A stretch of 64,000 nucleotides of DNA from Escherichia coli (GCF_046105845.1 NZ_CP151004.1); one strand, 5' to 3'; counted from the first letter of the stretch, positions 11,906-24,901 are shown. Made by a program: numbers and translations. Notes: generated from the letters alone by a model not told the origin.

Positions 11906-12442
11906 TCAGAACGGAATGTCGTCATCAAAGTCCATCGGCGGCTCGTTAGACGGCGCTGCCGGAGCGGACTGCTGCGGGCGAGACTGCGCGCCGCCGCTGA
12001 ACTGATTGCCACCCTGCGGCTGCTGAGGCTGACCCCAACCACCCTGCGGCTGACCACCACCGATATTGCCACCTGCAGGAGCGCCACCACCCTGACGACC
12101 ACCCAACATCTGCATGGTGCCGCCAACGTTCACCACGACTTCTGTGGTGTAGCGATCCTGACCGGATTGATCGGTCCATTTGCGGGTACGCAGCTGACCT
12201 TCGATATAAACCTGAGAACCTTTACGCAGATATTCGCTGGCTACTTCTGCCAGTTTGCCGAACAGCACAACGCGGTGCCATTCAGTCTGCTCTTTCATCT
12301 CGCCGGTCGCTTTGTCACGCCAGGATTCGGAAGTAGCCAGCGTAATGTTGGCAACTGCGCCACCATTTGGCATGTAGCGTACTTCCGGGTCCTGACCCAG
12401 ATTACCAACGAGAATAACCTTGTTTACGCCTCTGCTGGCCAT
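11906..12442 (-). CDS. ssb: Single-stranded DNA-binding protein, 178 aa
   Basis: [32 protein letters not shown]... with Gly/Gln-rich tail ending DFDDDIPF. Confidence 0.98.
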   Translation of the reverse strand: MASRGVNKVILVGNLGQDPEVRYMPNGGAVANITLATSESWRDKATGEMKEQTEWHRVVLFGKLAEVASEYLRKGSQVYIEGQLRTRKWTDQSGQDRYTTEVVVNVGGTMQMLGGRQGGGAPAGGNIGGGQPQGGWGQPQQPQGGNQFSGGAQSRPQQSAPAAPSNEPPMDFDDDIPF

Positions 12443-12593
12443 GTTCGTGTCTCCTGAAAAAAAATCGTTCTGAATAAGTGTAAACGCGCGATTGTACCAT
12501 TACCAATAGCGCTTTTACTATGTTGTGACCTCGGTTCCGGGAAACAAACCTGGCCAGACATTGTTACACAACACTCCGGGTAATGCATTCCAA

Positions 12594-12613
12594 TACTGTA
12601 TATTCATTCAGGT
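12594..12613. promoter_or_regulatory. LexA (SOS) box shared by divergent ssb and uvrA promoters
   Basis: tactgtatattcattcaggt fits the CTGT-N8-ACAG SOS box. Confidence 0.85.
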
Positions 12614-12696
12614 CAATTTGTGTCATAATTAACCGTTTGTGATCGCCGGTAGCACCATGCCACCGGGCAAAAAAGCGTTTAATCCGGGAAAGGTGA

Positions 12697-15519
12697 ATGG
12701 ATAAGATCGAAGTTCGGGGCGCCCGCACCCATAATCTCAAAAACATCAACCTCGTTATCCCCCGCGACAAGCTCATTGTCGTGACCGGGCTTTCGGGTTC
12801 TGGCAAATCCTCGCTCGCTTTCGACACCTTATATGCCGAAGGGCAGCGCCGTTACGTTGAATCCCTTTCCGCCTACGCGCGGCAGTTTCTGTCACTGATG
12901 GAAAAGCCGGACGTCGACCATATTGAGGGGCTTTCTCCTGCCATCTCGATTGAGCAGAAATCGACGTCTCATAACCCGCGTTCTACGGTGGGGACAATCA
13001 CCGAAATCCACGACTATTTGCGTTTGTTGTTCGCCCGCGTTGGCGAGCCGCGCTGTCCGGACCACGACGTCCCGCTGGCGGCGCAAACCGTCAGCCAGAT
13101 GGTGGATAACGTGCTGTCGCAGCCGGAAGGCAAGCGCCTGATGCTGCTCGCGCCAATCATTAAAGAGCGCAAAGGCGAACACACCAAAACGCTGGAGAAC
13201 CTGGCAAGTCAGGGTTACATCCGTGCTCGTATTGATGGCGAAGTCTGCGATCTTTCCGATCCGCCGAAACTGGAACTGCAAAAGAAACATACCATTGAAG
13301 TGGTGGTTGATCGCTTCAAGGTGCGTGATGATCTTACCCAACGTCTTGCCGAGTCGTTTGAAACCGCGCTGGAGCTTTCCGGTGGTACCGCGGTAGTTGC
13401 GGATATGGACGACCCGAAAGCGGAAGAGCTGCTGTTCTCCGCCAACTTCGCCTGCCCAATTTGCGGCTACAGTATGCGCGAGCTGGAACCGCGCCTGTTT
13501 TCGTTTAACAACCCGGCGGGGGCCTGCCCAACCTGTGACGGCCTTGGCGTGCAGCAATATTTCGATCCTGACCGCGTGATCCAGAATCCGGAACTGTCGC
13601 TGGCTGGCGGTGCGATCCGAGGCTGGGATCGCCGCAACTTCTATTACTTCCAGATGCTGAAATCGCTGGCAGATCACTATAAGTTCGACGTCGAAGCGCC
13701 ATGGGGCAGCCTGAGCGCGAACGTGCATAAAGTGGTGTTGTACGGTTCTGGCAAAGAAAACATTGAATTCAAATACATGAACGATCGTGGCGATACCTCC
13801 ATTCGTCGTCATCCGTTCGAAGGCGTGCTGCACAATATGGAGCGCCGTTATAAAGAGACGGAATCCAGTGCGGTACGTGAAGAATTAGCCAAGTTTATCA
13901 GCAATCGCCCGTGCGCCAGCTGCGAAGGAACCCGTCTGCGTCGGGAAGCGCGCCATGTGTATGTCGAGAATACGCCGCTGCCTGCTATCTCCGACATGAG
14001 CATCGGTCATGCGATGGAATTCTTCAACAATCTCAAACTCGCAGGTCAGCGAGCGAAGATTGCGGAAAAAATTCTTAAAGAGATTGGCGATCGCCTGAAA
14101 TTCCTCGTTAACGTCGGCCTGAATTACCTGACACTTTCCCGCTCGGCAGAGACACTTTCTGGCGGTGAAGCCCAGCGTATCCGTCTGGCGAGCCAGATTG
14201 GTGCGGGCCTGGTTGGCGTTATGTACGTGCTGGACGAGCCGTCTATCGGCCTGCACCAGCGCGATAACGAGCGCCTGTTGGGTACGCTTATCCATCTGCG
14301 CGATCTCGGTAATACCGTGATTGTGGTGGAGCACGACGAAGACGCGATTCGCGCCGCTGACCATGTGATCGACATTGGTCCTGGTGCGGGTGTTCACGGC
14401 GGTGAAGTGGTTGCGGAAGGTCCACTGGAAGCGATTATGGCGGTGCCGGAGTCGTTGACCGGGCAGTACATGAGCGGTAAACGCAAGATTGAAGTGCCGA
14501 AGAAACGCGTTCCGGCGAATCCGGAAAAAGTGCTGAAGCTGACAGGCGCACGCGGTAATAACCTGAAAGACGTGACGCTGACGCTGCCAGTCGGTCTGTT
14601 TACCTGCATCACAGGGGTTTCAGGTTCCGGTAAATCGACACTGATTAACGACACACTGTTCCCGATTGCCCAACGCCAGTTGAATGGGGCGACCATCGCC
14701 GAACCGGCACCGTATCGCGATATTCAGGGGCTGGAGCATTTCGATAAAGTGATCGATATCGACCAAAGCCCAATTGGTCGTACTCCGCGTTCTAACCCAG
14801 CGACCTATACCGGCGTGTTTACGCCTGTGCGCGAACTGTTTGCGGGCGTACCGGAATCCCGTGCGCGCGGCTATACGCCGGGACGTTTCAGCTTTAACGT
14901 CCGTGGCGGGCGCTGCGAAGCCTGTCAGGGCGACGGCGTGATCAAAGTGGAGATGCACTTCCTGCCGGATATCTACGTGCCGTGCGACCAGTGCAAAGGT
15001 AAACGCTATAACCGCGAAACGCTGGAAATTAAGTACAAAGGCAAAACCATCCACGAAGTGCTGGATATGACCATCGAAGAGGCGCGTGAGTTCTTTGATG
15101 CGGTGCCAGCTCTGGCGCGTAAGCTGCAAACGTTGATGGACGTTGGCCTGACGTACATTCGCCTCGGGCAGTCCGCAACCACGCTTTCTGGTGGTGAAGC
15201 CCAGCGCGTGAAGCTGGCACGTGAGCTGTCAAAACGCGGCACCGGGCAGACACTGTATATTCTCGACGAGCCGACCACCGGTCTGCACTTCGCCGATATT
15301 CAGCAACTGCTCGACGTACTGCATAAACTGCGCGATCAGGGCAACACCATTGTGGTGATTGAACACAATCTCGACGTGATCAAAACCGCTGACTGGATTG
15401 TCGACCTGGGACCGGAAGGCGGCAGTGGCGGCGGCGAGATCCTCGTCTCCGGTACGCCAGAAACTGTCGCGGAGTGCGAAGCTTCGCATACGGCACGCTT
15501 CCTCAAGCCGATGCTGTAA
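12697..15519 (+). CDS. uvrA: Excinuclease ABC subunit A, 940 aa
   Basis: [19 protein letters not shown]...; two ABC ATPase modules ([18 protein letters not shown]) and zinc-finger cysteines. Confidence 0.98.
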   Translation: MDKIEVRGARTHNLKNINLVIPRDKLIVVTGLSGSGKSSLAFDTLYAEGQRRYVESLSAYARQFLSLMEKPDVDHIEGLSPAISIEQKSTSHNPRSTVGTITEIHDYLRLLFARVGEPRCPDHDVPLAAQTVSQMVDNVLSQPEGKRLMLLAPIIKERKGEHTKTLENLASQGYIRARIDGEVCDLSDPPKLELQKKHTIEVVVDRFKVRDDLTQRLAESFETALELSGGTAVVADMDDPKAEELLFSANFACPICGYSMRELEPRLFSFNNPAGACPTCDGLGVQQYFDPDRVIQNPELSLAGGAIRGWDRRNFYYFQMLKSLADHYKFDVEAPWGSLSANVHKVVLYGSGKENIEFKYMNDRGDTSIRRHPFEGVLHNMERRYKETESSAVREELAKFISNRPCASCEGTRLRREARHVYVENTPLPAISDMSIGHAMEFFNNLKLAGQRAKIAEKILKEIGDRLKFLVNVGLNYLTLSRSAETLSGGEAQRIRLASQIGAGLVGVMYVLDEPSIGLHQRDNERLLGTLIHLRDLGNTVIVVEHDEDAIRAADHVIDIGPGAGVHGGEVVAEGPLEAIMAVPESLTGQYMSGKRKIEVPKKRVPANPEKVLKLTGARGNNLKDVTLTLPVGLFTCITGVSGSGKSTLINDTLFPIAQRQLNGATIAEPAPYRDIQGLEHFDKVIDIDQSPIGRTPRSNPATYTGVFTPVRELFAGVPESRARGYTPGRFSFNVRGGRCEACQGDGVIKVEMHFLPDIYVPCDQCKGKRYNRETLEIKYKGKTIHEVLDMTIEEAREFFDAVPALARKLQTLMDVGLTYIRLGQSATTLSGGEAQRVKLARELSKRGTGQTLYILDEPTTGLHFADIQQLLDVLHKLRDQGNTIVVIEHNLDVIKTADWIVDLGPEGGSGGGEILVSGTPETVAECEASHTARFLKPML

Positions 15520-15524
15520 TCGTT

Positions 15525-15547
15525 AAGGCCGCTTTCCGAGCGGCCTT
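15525..15547. terminator. Bidirectional terminator between uvrA and yjbR
   Basis: aaggccgct-ttccg-agcggcctt then cttctttc. Confidence 0.7.
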
Positions 15548-15553
15548 CTTCTT

Positions 15554-15910
15554 TCAGAGTTGCACCAGCAATTTTCGTTTTTCTTCCGGCAGCAAATTCA
15601 CCGCCTGCTGATAAGACGCATCCACCAGATAATAGATTTGCGAATCTGGCAGCGAACCGTCGAGATACACGGTGCTCCAGTGCGCTTTATTCAGATGGCG
15701 GCTTGGACGCACATCGCTGTGCTGCTGACGTAGCAGCTCCGCCAGCTCCGGGCTGGTTTTCAGCGAAACCGCCGGGCGATTTTCTACTTCTTTCACCATC
15801 GCAAACAGTACATCTTCCACTTTGATCTGCGTCGCTTTCCAGTCGTTATGCACGCTCTGTTCTGCACCTGGTTTTGCCATGCAATATTGTAGCAACTCCG
15901 AAATGGTCAT
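15554..15910 (-). CDS. yjbR: Conserved protein YjbR (MmcQ/DUF419-like), 118 aa
   Basis: MTISELLQYCMAKPGAEQSVHNDWKATQIK...; position downstream of yjbQ. Confidence 0.85.
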   Translation of the reverse strand: MTISELLQYCMAKPGAEQSVHNDWKATQIKVEDVLFAMVKEVENRPAVSLKTSPELAELLRQQHSDVRPSRHLNKAHWSTVYLDGSLPDSQIYYLVDASYQQAVNLLPEEKRKLLVQL

Positions 15911-15913
15911 TTT

Positions 15914-16330
15914 TTACTCCCCTTGTAGTGTCGCGATGATGCGACGCGATCCGCCGTGGATGCGATGTTCCCCCAGCCAGATGCCTTGCCAGGTGCCGGT
16001 CTGAATACGCCCTTTATGCACCGGCAATACAAGCGATGTTCCCAGTATTGAGGATTTGATATGAGAAGGCATATCGTCTGCTCCCTCATAGTCATGCTCA
16101 TAATTTCCGTTATCGGGAACGGTGCGGAGGAAAAAACGCTCCATGTCGTGGCGTACGGTGGGATCGCAGTTCTCATTAAGTGTCAGAGAGGCGGAGGTAT
16201 GTTGCAGCAACAGATGCAGTAAACCGATGTTAACGCGCGGCATATCAGCCAGCTGATTCAAAATTTCATCCGTTACCAGATGAAATCCACGAGATTTGGC
16301 GCTAAGCGTGAGCGTCTTTTGATACCACAT
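15914..16330 (-). CDS. yjbQ: YjbQ (UPF0047 family), 138 aa
   Basis: [27 protein letters not shown]...; 3 bp from yjbR. Confidence 0.85.
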   Translation of the reverse strand: MWYQKTLTLSAKSRGFHLVTDEILNQLADMPRVNIGLLHLLLQHTSASLTLNENCDPTVRHDMERFFLRTVPDNGNYEHDYEGADDMPSHIKSSILGTSLVLPVHKGRIQTGTWQGIWLGEHRIHGGSRRIIATLQGE

Positions 16331-16440
16331 GTGCTGCTCCTTGATAAAACTCTCTTAATCAGTTTGCAGCAAGACAGCGAAAGGATAAAGGTGTGATTAA
16401 AAAAACAGCATTCGGGAGAGTGTCACGCTCTCCCGCTCTG

Positions 16441-17433
<993 letters not shown>

Positions 17434-17555
17434 TTAATAAACTTAATGATACAGCATTACAAAAACAATCGAAGTTTATAAAGATGATTTCTGATTGACC
17501 AGCCCCCTACCCTACAATGGTGACTAATTTTATTACTCCCGAAGGAGATGATGAT

Positions 17556-18041
17556 ATGAATATATCAAATGTGAATAGCAACAACACGACATCTTTACCT
17601 GTAGAGCTAGATACACTAAATAACAAAGGTATCTCTTATGCCAAAGATCTCTTTTTATATATAGAAACACAGTTAAAAATTGCAAAAGATTTTTGTAGAC
17701 CTGGAGAAGAAGTATCAAGTTCTATTGCAAGTACAGTTTTTCACGCATTTATTGATTTAGTTAACAAAATCATGGGTAAGAAAGATTGTATGTATATTTG
17801 CACGCTTTGCTGTTTTGCCGAGGAGGTTAAAGGTGATTATTCTCATTACAGGACCTTTTTATTTGATATTGGTAATCAATATAAGGTTAAACTTACACAA
17901 AGCGGAAAAAAAGAGTTCTCTTTAACTTTAGAATTTAACGATACTATAATTGAATCTCAGATAGTCACAGGCAATAAGGCAAAGCATATTCTTGAGGATA
18001 TAGAAAAATTCTATCGTAACAAACCCGATACTTATTATTAA
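17556..18041 (+). CDS. Hypothetical protein, AT-rich orphan ORF (161 aa from the ATG at 17556; 174 aa if the in-frame ATG at 17517 is used)
   Basis: Long ORF in a strongly AT-rich segment; GGAGATG Shine-Dalgarno-like sequence before the 17556 ATG; no family recognised from the translation. Confidence 0.55.
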   Translation: MNISNVNSNNTTSLPVELDTLNNKGISYAKDLFLYIETQLKIAKDFCRPGEEVSSSIASTVFHAFIDLVNKIMGKKDCMYICTLCCFAEEVKGDYSHYRTFLFDIGNQYKVKLTQSGKKEFSLTLEFNDTIIESQIVTGNKAKHILEDIEKFYRNKPDTYY

Positions 18042-18229
18042 ATTTAATAATGGTTAGATGTGCAAAAATTATTATTCCACACGGTAAAACAGGGAAAAGT
18101 ACTCCAGAACATTGGGATAAACTTAACAAGTTAGAACTAACAACGTTTTATTACCTCTCACGTAGAACGATGGCATCAAAAAAATCATCTATAAAGCAAG
18201 AGTGAAAGCGACGACAGTTTAATTTCACT

Positions 18230-18253
18230 GCAGGCTGGATAACTCCAGCCTGC
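18230..18253. terminator. Hairpin immediately downstream of tyrB
   Basis: gcaggctgga-taac-tccagcctgc perfect 10-bp stem; no strong U-tract on either strand. Confidence 0.4.
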
Positions 18254-18262
18254 TTTCCTGCA

Positions 18263-19456
18263 TTACATCACCGCAGCAAACGCCTTTGCCACACGTTGTA
18301 CATTTGCCGTATTTAACCCGGCGACACACATGCGACCGCTGGCGATGAGATAGACACCAAATTCTTCACGTAGTCGGTCAACCTGAGCGGCACTTAAACC
18401 GGTATAACTGAACATACCGCGCTGATTAAGCAGATAATCGAAATTGCGTTCTGGTATCTCTGTGCTCAATACCTTCACCAGTTCCTGACGCATCGCCAGA
18501 ATGCGAGTACGCATCTCTTCTACTTCCGCCAGCCAGCTGGCTTTCAATGCCTCGTCATTCAGCACCGCAGCCACCACCTGCGCACCAAAATTCGGCGGGC
18601 TGGAGTAGTTGCGGCGAACTGTTGCTTTCAATTGCCCCAGTACGCGGCCTGCGGCTTCGGCATCTTCACACAGAACAGAAAGTCCGCCGACGCGCTCGCC
18701 GTAAAGGGAGAAAATTTTCGAGAACGAATTGCTCACCAGAGCGGGTAATCCAGCGCTGGCAATGGCGCGAATGGCGTAGGCATCCTCTTCCATACCGGCA
18801 CCAAATCCTTGATAGGCAATATCAAGGAATGGGATAAGCTCGCGGGCTTTGAGAATTTCAATCACCGCATCCCACTGGTTATTAGTGAGATCGGCACCCG
18901 TTGGGTTGTGGCAACATGGATGCAGCAACACAATACTGCGGGCAGGTAATGTTTTCAGCGTCGCCAACAGGTCATTAAAGCGCACGCCGTTAGTCGCTTC
19001 GTCATACCAGGGGTAAGTACTTACTTCGAATCCAGCCCCGGCGAATATTGCTACGTGGTTTTCCCAGGTAGGATCGCTGACCCAGACGCCTGATTCCGGG
19101 AAGTAGCGTTTCAGGAAATCCGCGCCCACTTTCAATGCCCCTGAGCCGCCAAGGGTTTGAATGGTTGCTACGCGCTGTTGTTGCAGTACCGGATGGTCCG
19201 CACCAAACAGCAGCGGCGCAATGGCATGGCGATAGCTATTAAGCCCTTCCATCGGTAAATAAAGCGAAGCGCCATGAGGCTGCGCATTCAGGCGCGCTTC
19301 CGCCTCCGCCACGGCTTTCAGTTGTGGAATAATTCCGTCTTCGTTGTAGTACAGACCGATACTTAAATTCACTTTGTCGCTGCGAGGGTCTTCTTTGAAA
19401 CGCTCCATAAGCGTAAGAATCGGGTCGCCAGCGTAGGCGTCAACTTTTTGAAACAC
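18263..19456 (-). CDS. tyrB: Aromatic-amino-acid aminotransferase TyrB, 397 aa (GTG start)
   Basis: GTG at 19456 gives (M)[36 protein letters not shown]... Confidence 0.95.
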   Translation of the reverse strand: MFQKVDAYAGDPILTLMERFKEDPRSDKVNLSIGLYYNEDGIIPQLKAVAEAEARLNAQPHGASLYLPMEGLNSYRHAIAPLLFGADHPVLQQQRVATIQTLGGSGALKVGADFLKRYFPESGVWVSDPTWENHVAIFAGAGFEVSTYPWYDEATNGVRFNDLLATLKTLPARSIVLLHPCCHNPTGADLTNNQWDAVIEILKARELIPFLDIAYQGFGAGMEEDAYAIRAIASAGLPALVSNSFSKIFSLYGERVGGLSVLCEDAEAAGRVLGQLKATVRRNYSSPPNFGAQVVAAVLNDEALKASWLAEVEEMRTRILAMRQELVKVLSTEIPERNFDYLLNQRGMFSYTGLSAAQVDRLREEFGVYLIASGRMCVAGLNTANVQRVAKAFAAVM

Positions 19457-19652
19457 GCGATGGTTCTCCAGGTTTACGGGCAGGTGGTTAAACCACAATA
19501 AACCGGAAGAAGGCGAAGATCGAGTGGATGTTCAGGGGCGAACGGCAATTAGCAACAGAGTGAGACTCATGACAAACGTACATCCGCCAGAGGCACGGCC
19601 TTCACAAGAGCATGAAAGAATATCAACTTATTGAATTGGTAGGATTTTATTG

Positions 19653-19685
19653 GCCGGATAAGGCATTCACGCCGCATCCGGCACA
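19653..19685. repeat. REP element between alr and tyrB
   Basis: gccggataaggcattcacgccgcatccggc. Confidence 0.8.
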
Positions 19686-19708
19686 AACAATCAAATATTA
19701 CAGAACGA

Positions 19709-20788
19709 TTAATCCACGTATTTCATCGCGACCCTTGAAGTCAGGCGCGTAATAAGTTCGTAAGCGCTCACTTTTGTCATTTCAGCGATACGTTCTACGG
19801 GCAAACCTTCGCCCCATAAAATGACCGGGTCCCCGGCTTTGTCCTGCGCCTGTGGACCTAAATCTACGCAGATCATATCCATCGCCACGCGCCCGACAAT
19901 CGGCACTTCACGACCGTTCACCAGCACTGGCGTACCGGACGGCGCGGCGCGCGGATAACCATCGCCATAGCCCATCGCGACTACGCCAAGGCGAGTATCA
20001 CGTTCGCTTACCCAGGTTCCACCATAACCGACAGGCTCTCCGGCTTTATGCTCACGCACGGCAATCAGGCTGGAGGTTAGTGACATCACTGGCTGACAGC
20101 CAAAATCGGCACCGGTGGAGCGATCTTCCAGCGGCGAGACGCCATAAAGAATGATGCCCGGGCGCACCCAGTCAAAATGCGACTGTGGCCACAGCAGAAT
20201 GCCACCCGACGCGGCAATGGAACGTTGACCTGGTTTGCCTTCACAAAAGGTATTAAAGATAGCGAGTTGTTTCTCGGTTGCGCCACATTTTGGTTCATCC
20301 GCGCGCGCAAAATGGCTGACGATATTCACCGGCTGACGAACGTTTTTGCACTGGGTCAGGCGATGATAAAACGTCTCAGCCTGTTCCGGCCTTACGCCCA
20401 GACGGTGCATACCGGTATCGAGTTTCATCCAGACGGTAACCGGCTCGTCCAGGCTGGCCTCTTCCAGCGCAGCAAGCTGTTCTTCGTTATGCACGGCGGT
20501 ATGAAAATGTTGCGCAGAAATCGTCGGTAGATCTCTGGCATCAAAAAAGCCTTCGAGTAACAGTACAGGTTTGGTGATTCCCCCCGCACGCAGTCGCAGA
20601 GCTTCTTCGAGACGGGCTACGCCAAAGGCGTCAGCATCGGGGAGCGTTCGCGCGGTCTCAAGAAGACCGTGACCATAAGCGTTCGCTTTCACCACCGCAA
20701 CCATTTTACTGGCAGGTGCCAGTTCACGAAGACGTTGCAGGTTGTGTCGCAGAGCGCGGCGGTTAATCACAACAGTTGCCGCTTGCAT
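19709..20788 (-). CDS. alr: Alanine racemase (biosynthetic), 359 aa
   Basis: [25 protein letters not shown]...[11 protein letters not shown] (PLP-lysine motif). Confidence 0.96.
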   Translation of the reverse strand: MQAATVVINRRALRHNLQRLRELAPASKMVAVVKANAYGHGLLETARTLPDADAFGVARLEEALRLRAGGITKPVLLLEGFFDARDLPTISAQHFHTAVHNEEQLAALEEASLDEPVTVWMKLDTGMHRLGVRPEQAETFYHRLTQCKNVRQPVNIVSHFARADEPKCGATEKQLAIFNTFCEGKPGQRSIAASGGILLWPQSHFDWVRPGIILYGVSPLEDRSTGADFGCQPVMSLTSSLIAVREHKAGEPVGYGGTWVSERDTRLGVVAMGYGDGYPRAAPSGTPVLVNGREVPIVGRVAMDMICVDLGPQAQDKAGDPVILWGEGLPVERIAEMTKVSAYELITRLTSRVAMKYVD

Positions 20789-20840
20789 TTGTGTTCCTTG
20801 ATAAGTGTTTGCTTTAATTACCTAATTCATAAAATAATTA

Positions 20841-22256
20841 TTATTCGTCGTCGTACTGCGGCCCCGCATAGTTGTCGAAGCGCGACCATTGACCGTTAAA
20901 GGTCAGGCGTACCGTCCCGATTGGGCCGTTACGTTGTTTACCGATAATAATTTCCGCGATGCCTTTTAAATCACTGTTTTCGTGATACACCTCATCACGA
21001 TAGATAAACATGATCAAGTCCGCATCCTGCTCGATAGAGCCAGATTCACGCAGGTCGGAGTTGACCGGGCGTTTGTCGGCACGTTGTTCCAGAGAACGGT
21101 TCAACTGGGACAGCGCCACCACCGGCACGTTCAGTTCTTTCGCCAGTGCTTTCAGCGAGCGGGAGATTTCTGCAATTTCCAGCGTACGGTTATCGGAAAG
21201 CGCCGGTACGCGCATCAGTTGCAGGTAGTCGATCATGATAAGCCCGATGCCGCCGTGTTCACGGGCAATACGGCGCGCGCGGGAACGCACTTCCGTTGGC
21301 GTCAGGCCGGAGGAATCATCGATATAGATATTACGTTTTTCGAGCAAAATACCCATGGTGCCGGAAATACGCGCCCAGTCTTCATCATCGAGCTGCCCGG
21401 TACGGATTTTAGTCTGGTCAACACGTGACAGCGACGCCAGAGAACGCATCATAATCTGTTCTGATGGCATCTCCAGCGAGAAGATAAGTACCGGTTTATC
21501 CTGCAACATCGCCGCGTTTTCGACGAGGTTCATCGCAAATGTTGTTTTACCCATCGACGGACGCGCGGCGACGATAATCAAATCCGACGGCTGCAAGCCA
21601 GCGGTTTTTTTGTTGAGATCGTCATAACCGGTGTTTACCCCGGTAACGCCATCGTGTGGCTGCTGAAACAACTGCTCAATACGCGCCACCGTGGCGTCGA
21701 GCACATCAGCGATGTTCTTCGGCCCTTCGTCTTTGTTTGCACGACTTTCGGCAATTTTAAAGACGCGGGATTCAGCCAGGTCCAGCAGATCTTCGCTGGT
21801 GCGCCCCTGCGGATCAAAACCGGCTTCGGCAATCTCATTCGCAACCGAAATCATCTCGCGAACAACGGCACGTTCACGCACGATGTCAGCATAGGCACTG
21901 ATGTTCGCCGCACTTGGCGTATTTTTTGACAGTTCTGCCAGATAAGCGAAACCACCGACGCTATCGAGTTGCCCCTGGCGTTCCAGCGATTCCGCAAGGG
22001 TAATCAGATCGATAGGACTACCGCTTTCCTGCAAACGCGCCATTTCAGTAAAGATATGACGGTGTGGGCGGGTGTAAAAATCGTCTGCCACCACACGCTC
22101 GGCTACATCATCCCAGCGTTCGTTATCCAGCATTAAACCGCCCAACACCGACTGCTCCGCTTCGATCGAGTGCGGAGGCACTTTCAGCCCGGCAACTTGT
22201 GGATCGCGTTCGCGGGGTTCAGCCTGCTGTTTGTTGAAGGGTTTATTTCCTGCCAT
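20841..22256 (-). CDS. dnaB: Replicative DNA helicase DnaB, 471 aa
   Basis: MAGNKPFNKQQAEPRERDPQVAGLKVPPHSIEAEQSVLGG...; Walker A ARPSMGKTTF. Confidence 0.98.
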   Translation of the reverse strand: MAGNKPFNKQQAEPRERDPQVAGLKVPPHSIEAEQSVLGGLMLDNERWDDVAERVVADDFYTRPHRHIFTEMARLQESGSPIDLITLAESLERQGQLDSVGGFAYLAELSKNTPSAANISAYADIVRERAVVREMISVANEIAEAGFDPQGRTSEDLLDLAESRVFKIAESRANKDEGPKNIADVLDATVARIEQLFQQPHDGVTGVNTGYDDLNKKTAGLQPSDLIIVAARPSMGKTTFAMNLVENAAMLQDKPVLIFSLEMPSEQIMMRSLASLSRVDQTKIRTGQLDDEDWARISGTMGILLEKRNIYIDDSSGLTPTEVRSRARRIAREHGGIGLIMIDYLQLMRVPALSDNRTLEIAEISRSLKALAKELNVPVVALSQLNRSLEQRADKRPVNSDLRESGSIEQDADLIMFIYRDEVYHENSDLKGIAEIIIGKQRNGPIGTVRLTFNGQWSRFDNYAGPQYDDE

Positions 22257-22338
22257 AGTGAATGGAGTTACCGAGATAAAGAATGGGTCGAAACTTTACC
22301 ATATGAAGCAGACCCTGACGATACGTTCTGGAGGACAC

Positions 22339-23322
22339 ATGGCAACACGAATTGAATTTCACAAGCACGGTGGCCCGGAAGTACTTCAAGCCGTAGAGTT
22401 CACTCCTGCCGATCCGGCGGAGAATGAAATCCAGGTCGAAAATAAAGCCATCGGCATCAATTTTATCGACACGTATATCCGCAGCGGCCTTTACCCACCG
22501 CCATCGCTACCCAGCGGATTAGGTACCGAAGCGGCAGGCATCGTGAGTAAAGTCGGCAGTGGTGTAAAGCATATTAAGGCAGGCGATCGCGTAGTCTATG
22601 CGCAGTCGGCGTTAGGCGCTTACAGCTCTGTGCATAACGTTAATGCGGATAAAGCGGCGATTCTGCCTGCGGCAATTTCTTTTGAGCAAGCTGCAGCATC
22701 CTTCCTGAAAGGCTTAACGGTTTATTATCTGCTGCGTAAAACCTATGAAATTAAACCTGATGAGCAGTTCCTGTTCCACGCAGCGGCTGGCGGCGTTGGC
22801 TTAATTGCCTGCCAGTGGGCAAAAGCCCTTGGGGCGAAACTTATCGGCACCGTGGGAACCGCGCAAAAAGCGCAGAGTGCGCTAAAAGCGGGCGCATGGC
22901 AGGTTATTAACTATCGCGAAGAGAATCTGGTCGAGCGGTTAAAAGAGATCACCGGTGGCAAGAAAGTGAGCGTGGTGTACGATTCCGTGGGCAGAGACAC
23001 CTGGGAGCGGTCGCTGGATTGCCTGCAACGCCGCGGCTTAATGGTCAGTTTTGGCAACTCATCAGGTGCGGTTACCGGTGTGAACTTAGGCATTCTCAAT
23101 CAGAAAGGCTCGTTGTATGTGACACGCCCTTCCCTGCAAGGCTATATCACCACGCGGGAGGAATTAACCGAGGCCAGTAATGAACTGTTCTCTTTGATTG
23201 CCAGCGGTGTGATTAAGGTCGATGTCGCCGAGCAGCAGAAATATCCGCTTAAGGATGCACAGCGTGCACATGAGATTCTGGAAAGCCGGGCGACGCAAGG
23301 TTCCAGCCTGTTGATTCCATAA
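22339..23322 (+). CDS. qorA: NADPH:quinone oxidoreductase Qor, 327 aa
   Basis: ATG at 22339 gives MATRIEFHKHGGPEVLQAVEF...; MDR/zeta-crystallin fold; divergent from dnaB. Confidence 0.93.
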   Translation: MATRIEFHKHGGPEVLQAVEFTPADPAENEIQVENKAIGINFIDTYIRSGLYPPPSLPSGLGTEAAGIVSKVGSGVKHIKAGDRVVYAQSALGAYSSVHNVNADKAAILPAAISFEQAAASFLKGLTVYYLLRKTYEIKPDEQFLFHAAAGGVGLIACQWAKALGAKLIGTVGTAQKAQSALKAGAWQVINYREENLVERLKEITGGKKVSVVYDSVGRDTWERSLDCLQRRGLMVSFGNSSGAVTGVNLGILNQKGSLYVTRPSLQGYITTREELTEASNELFSLIASGVIKVDVAEQQKYPLKDAQRAHEILESRATQGSSLLIP

Positions 23323-23329
23323 AAGAAAT

Positions 23330-23362
23330 AGGGCTTCCACCTGGGAAGCCCTTTCTTTTTAT
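23330..23362 (+). terminator. Intrinsic terminator after qor
   Basis: agggcttcc-acct-gggaagccct followed by ttctttttat. Confidence 0.85.
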
Positions 23363-23487
23363 AGTTCGGCTGTATGTAGGGTACAGCACGATGAATCTGT
23401 TAGAGGCGCAATAGTGACAGATTTGATTATCAATTCCTATTTTGTTCTAAGGATAAAACCTTAGGTTGTGATCATCCGCACAATACA

Positions 23488-23730
23488 TTAGTAACGCCAG
23501 CGGTCATAACGCTGATATTTCGGCACTTTTGGTGCTTTAATCGCCTTAATAACCCACACCACCGCAACTGCCAGTAGTAACCACGGCAGCAACTTAATCA
23601 TCAATGCCAGCATACCGCCGAGGAACATAATGGCCGTCGCCACAACCAGCGCGGCGATAATGCCCAGCAACGAAACGCCGGTGACCATCAGCATGACAAA
23701 AAAGCCAATCACAAAAAGTAGTTCCAGCAT
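23488..23730 (-). CDS. pspG: Phage-shock protein G, 80 aa
   Basis: ATG at 23730 gives MLELLFVIGFFVMLMVTGVSLLG...; GGGAGAG Shine-Dalgarno sequence upstream. Confidence 0.88.
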   Translation of the reverse strand: MLELLFVIGFFVMLMVTGVSLLGIIAALVVATAIMFLGGMLALMIKLLPWLLLAVAVVWVIKAIKAPKVPKYQRYDRWRY

Positions 23731-23764
23731 GATGCTCTCCCAAATATGAAATCTCTTGCTGGCA

Positions 23765-23782
23765 TTACAAGAATCATGCCAA
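23765..23782 (-). promoter_or_regulatory. Candidate sigma-54 (-24/-12) promoter for pspG
   Basis: Minus-strand TTGGCATGATTCTTGTAA resembles the TGGCAC-N5-TTGC consensus about 35-50 bp upstream of the pspG ATG. Confidence 0.45.
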
Positions 23783-23863
23783 AAATAATCTATTGATTTA
23801 ACAGCAAAACGCCCCGCGACGGTGCGCAGGGCGTGGTGAATTTGACTACTTTTTGGTGAAAAG

Positions 23864-24901
23864 TTAACGCTTATCTGCCACCAGTTTGAGCGCGTGTTCC
23901 AGCACGTTAATGTCAGCACCCGCTTTATGGGCATTTTCACTTAAATAACGCCGCCACTGCCGCGCGCCAGGAATACCCTGGAACAAGCCCAACATATGCC
24001 GGGTAATATGGCCGAGATACGTCCCCTGGCTGAGTTCACGCTCAATGTACGGATACATGGCGCGCACTACCGCCACCGGATCGGCATCGGTATCCGAGGA
24101 ACCAAAGATCTCTCGGTCTACCGCCGCCAGAATACCCGGATTCTGATACGCTTCGCGCCCGACCATCACGCCATCCATATGTTGCAAATGCGCTTTAGCC
24201 TCTTCCAGCGACTTGATACCACCGTTAATCGACATTGTCAGATGCGGAAAGTCACGCTTCAGTTGATACACACGCGGATAATCGAGCGGCGGGATTTCAC
24301 GGTTTTCTTTCGGGCTTAACCCCGAAAGCCAGGCTTTACGTGCGTGGATGATGAACATCTCACACTCGCCTTTGCCGGAAACGGTGTTGATGAAATCGCA
24401 GAGAAATTCATAGCTGTCCTGGTCGTCGATGCCAATACGCGTTTTCACCGTCACCGGAATCGACACCACATCGCGCATCGCTTTCACGCAGTCGGCAACC
24501 AGCTGCGCATTACCCATCAGACACGCCCCAAACATGCCGTTCTGCACCCGGTCAGACGGGCAGCCGACATTCAGGTTGATCTCATCATATCCGCGCGCTT
24601 CTGCCAGCTTCGCACACTGCGCCAGCGCCGCCGGATCGCTACCGCCGAGTTGCAACGCTACCGGATGTTCTTCTTCACTGTACGCCAGATAATCACCTTT
24701 ACCGTGAATAATCGCCCCTGTGGTCACCATTTCGGTATACAGCAACGTATTGCGGGAAAGCAGACGCAAGAAATAGCGGCAATGTCTGTCCGTCCAGTCG
24801 AGCATTGGTGCAACGCTAAACCGACCACTCCAGTGAACGTCAGTTTTTTCAGGCATTGCGCTGGTTTGGTTGATTTTTTGCATTTCAGAATTACCGTGCA
24901 T
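23864..24901 (-). CDS. dusA: tRNA-dihydrouridine synthase A, about 345 aa
   Basis: ATG at 24901 gives [44 protein letters not shown]...; TIM-barrel Dus motifs. Confidence 0.93.
   Translation of the reverse strand: MHGNSEMQKINQTSAMPEKTDVHWSGRFSVAPMLDWTDRHCRYFLRLLSRNTLLYTEMVTTGAIIHGKGDYLAYSEEEHPVALQLGGSDPAALAQCAKLAEARGYDEINLNVGCPSDRVQNGMFGACLMGNAQLVADCVKAMRDVVSIPVTVKTRIGIDDQDSYEFLCDFINTVSGKGECEMFIIHARKAWLSGLSPKENREIPPLDYPRVYQLKRDFPHLTMSINGGIKSLEEAKAHLQHMDGVMVGREAYQNPGILAAVDREIFGSSDTDADPVAVVRAMYPYIERELSQGTYLGHITRHMLGLFQGIPGARQWRRYLSENAHKAGADINVLEHALKLVADKR

Noticed and set aside
12892-13833. 313-aa minus-strand ORF
   Set aside because: Antisense inside uvrA, which has unambiguous ABC ATPase motifs on the + strand.
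17517-17555. Upstream in-frame ATG as the start of the orphan ORF
   Set aside because: No Shine-Dalgarno sequence before the 17517 ATG, whereas the 17556 ATG has GGAGATG upstream; the longer form is kept only as an alternative.
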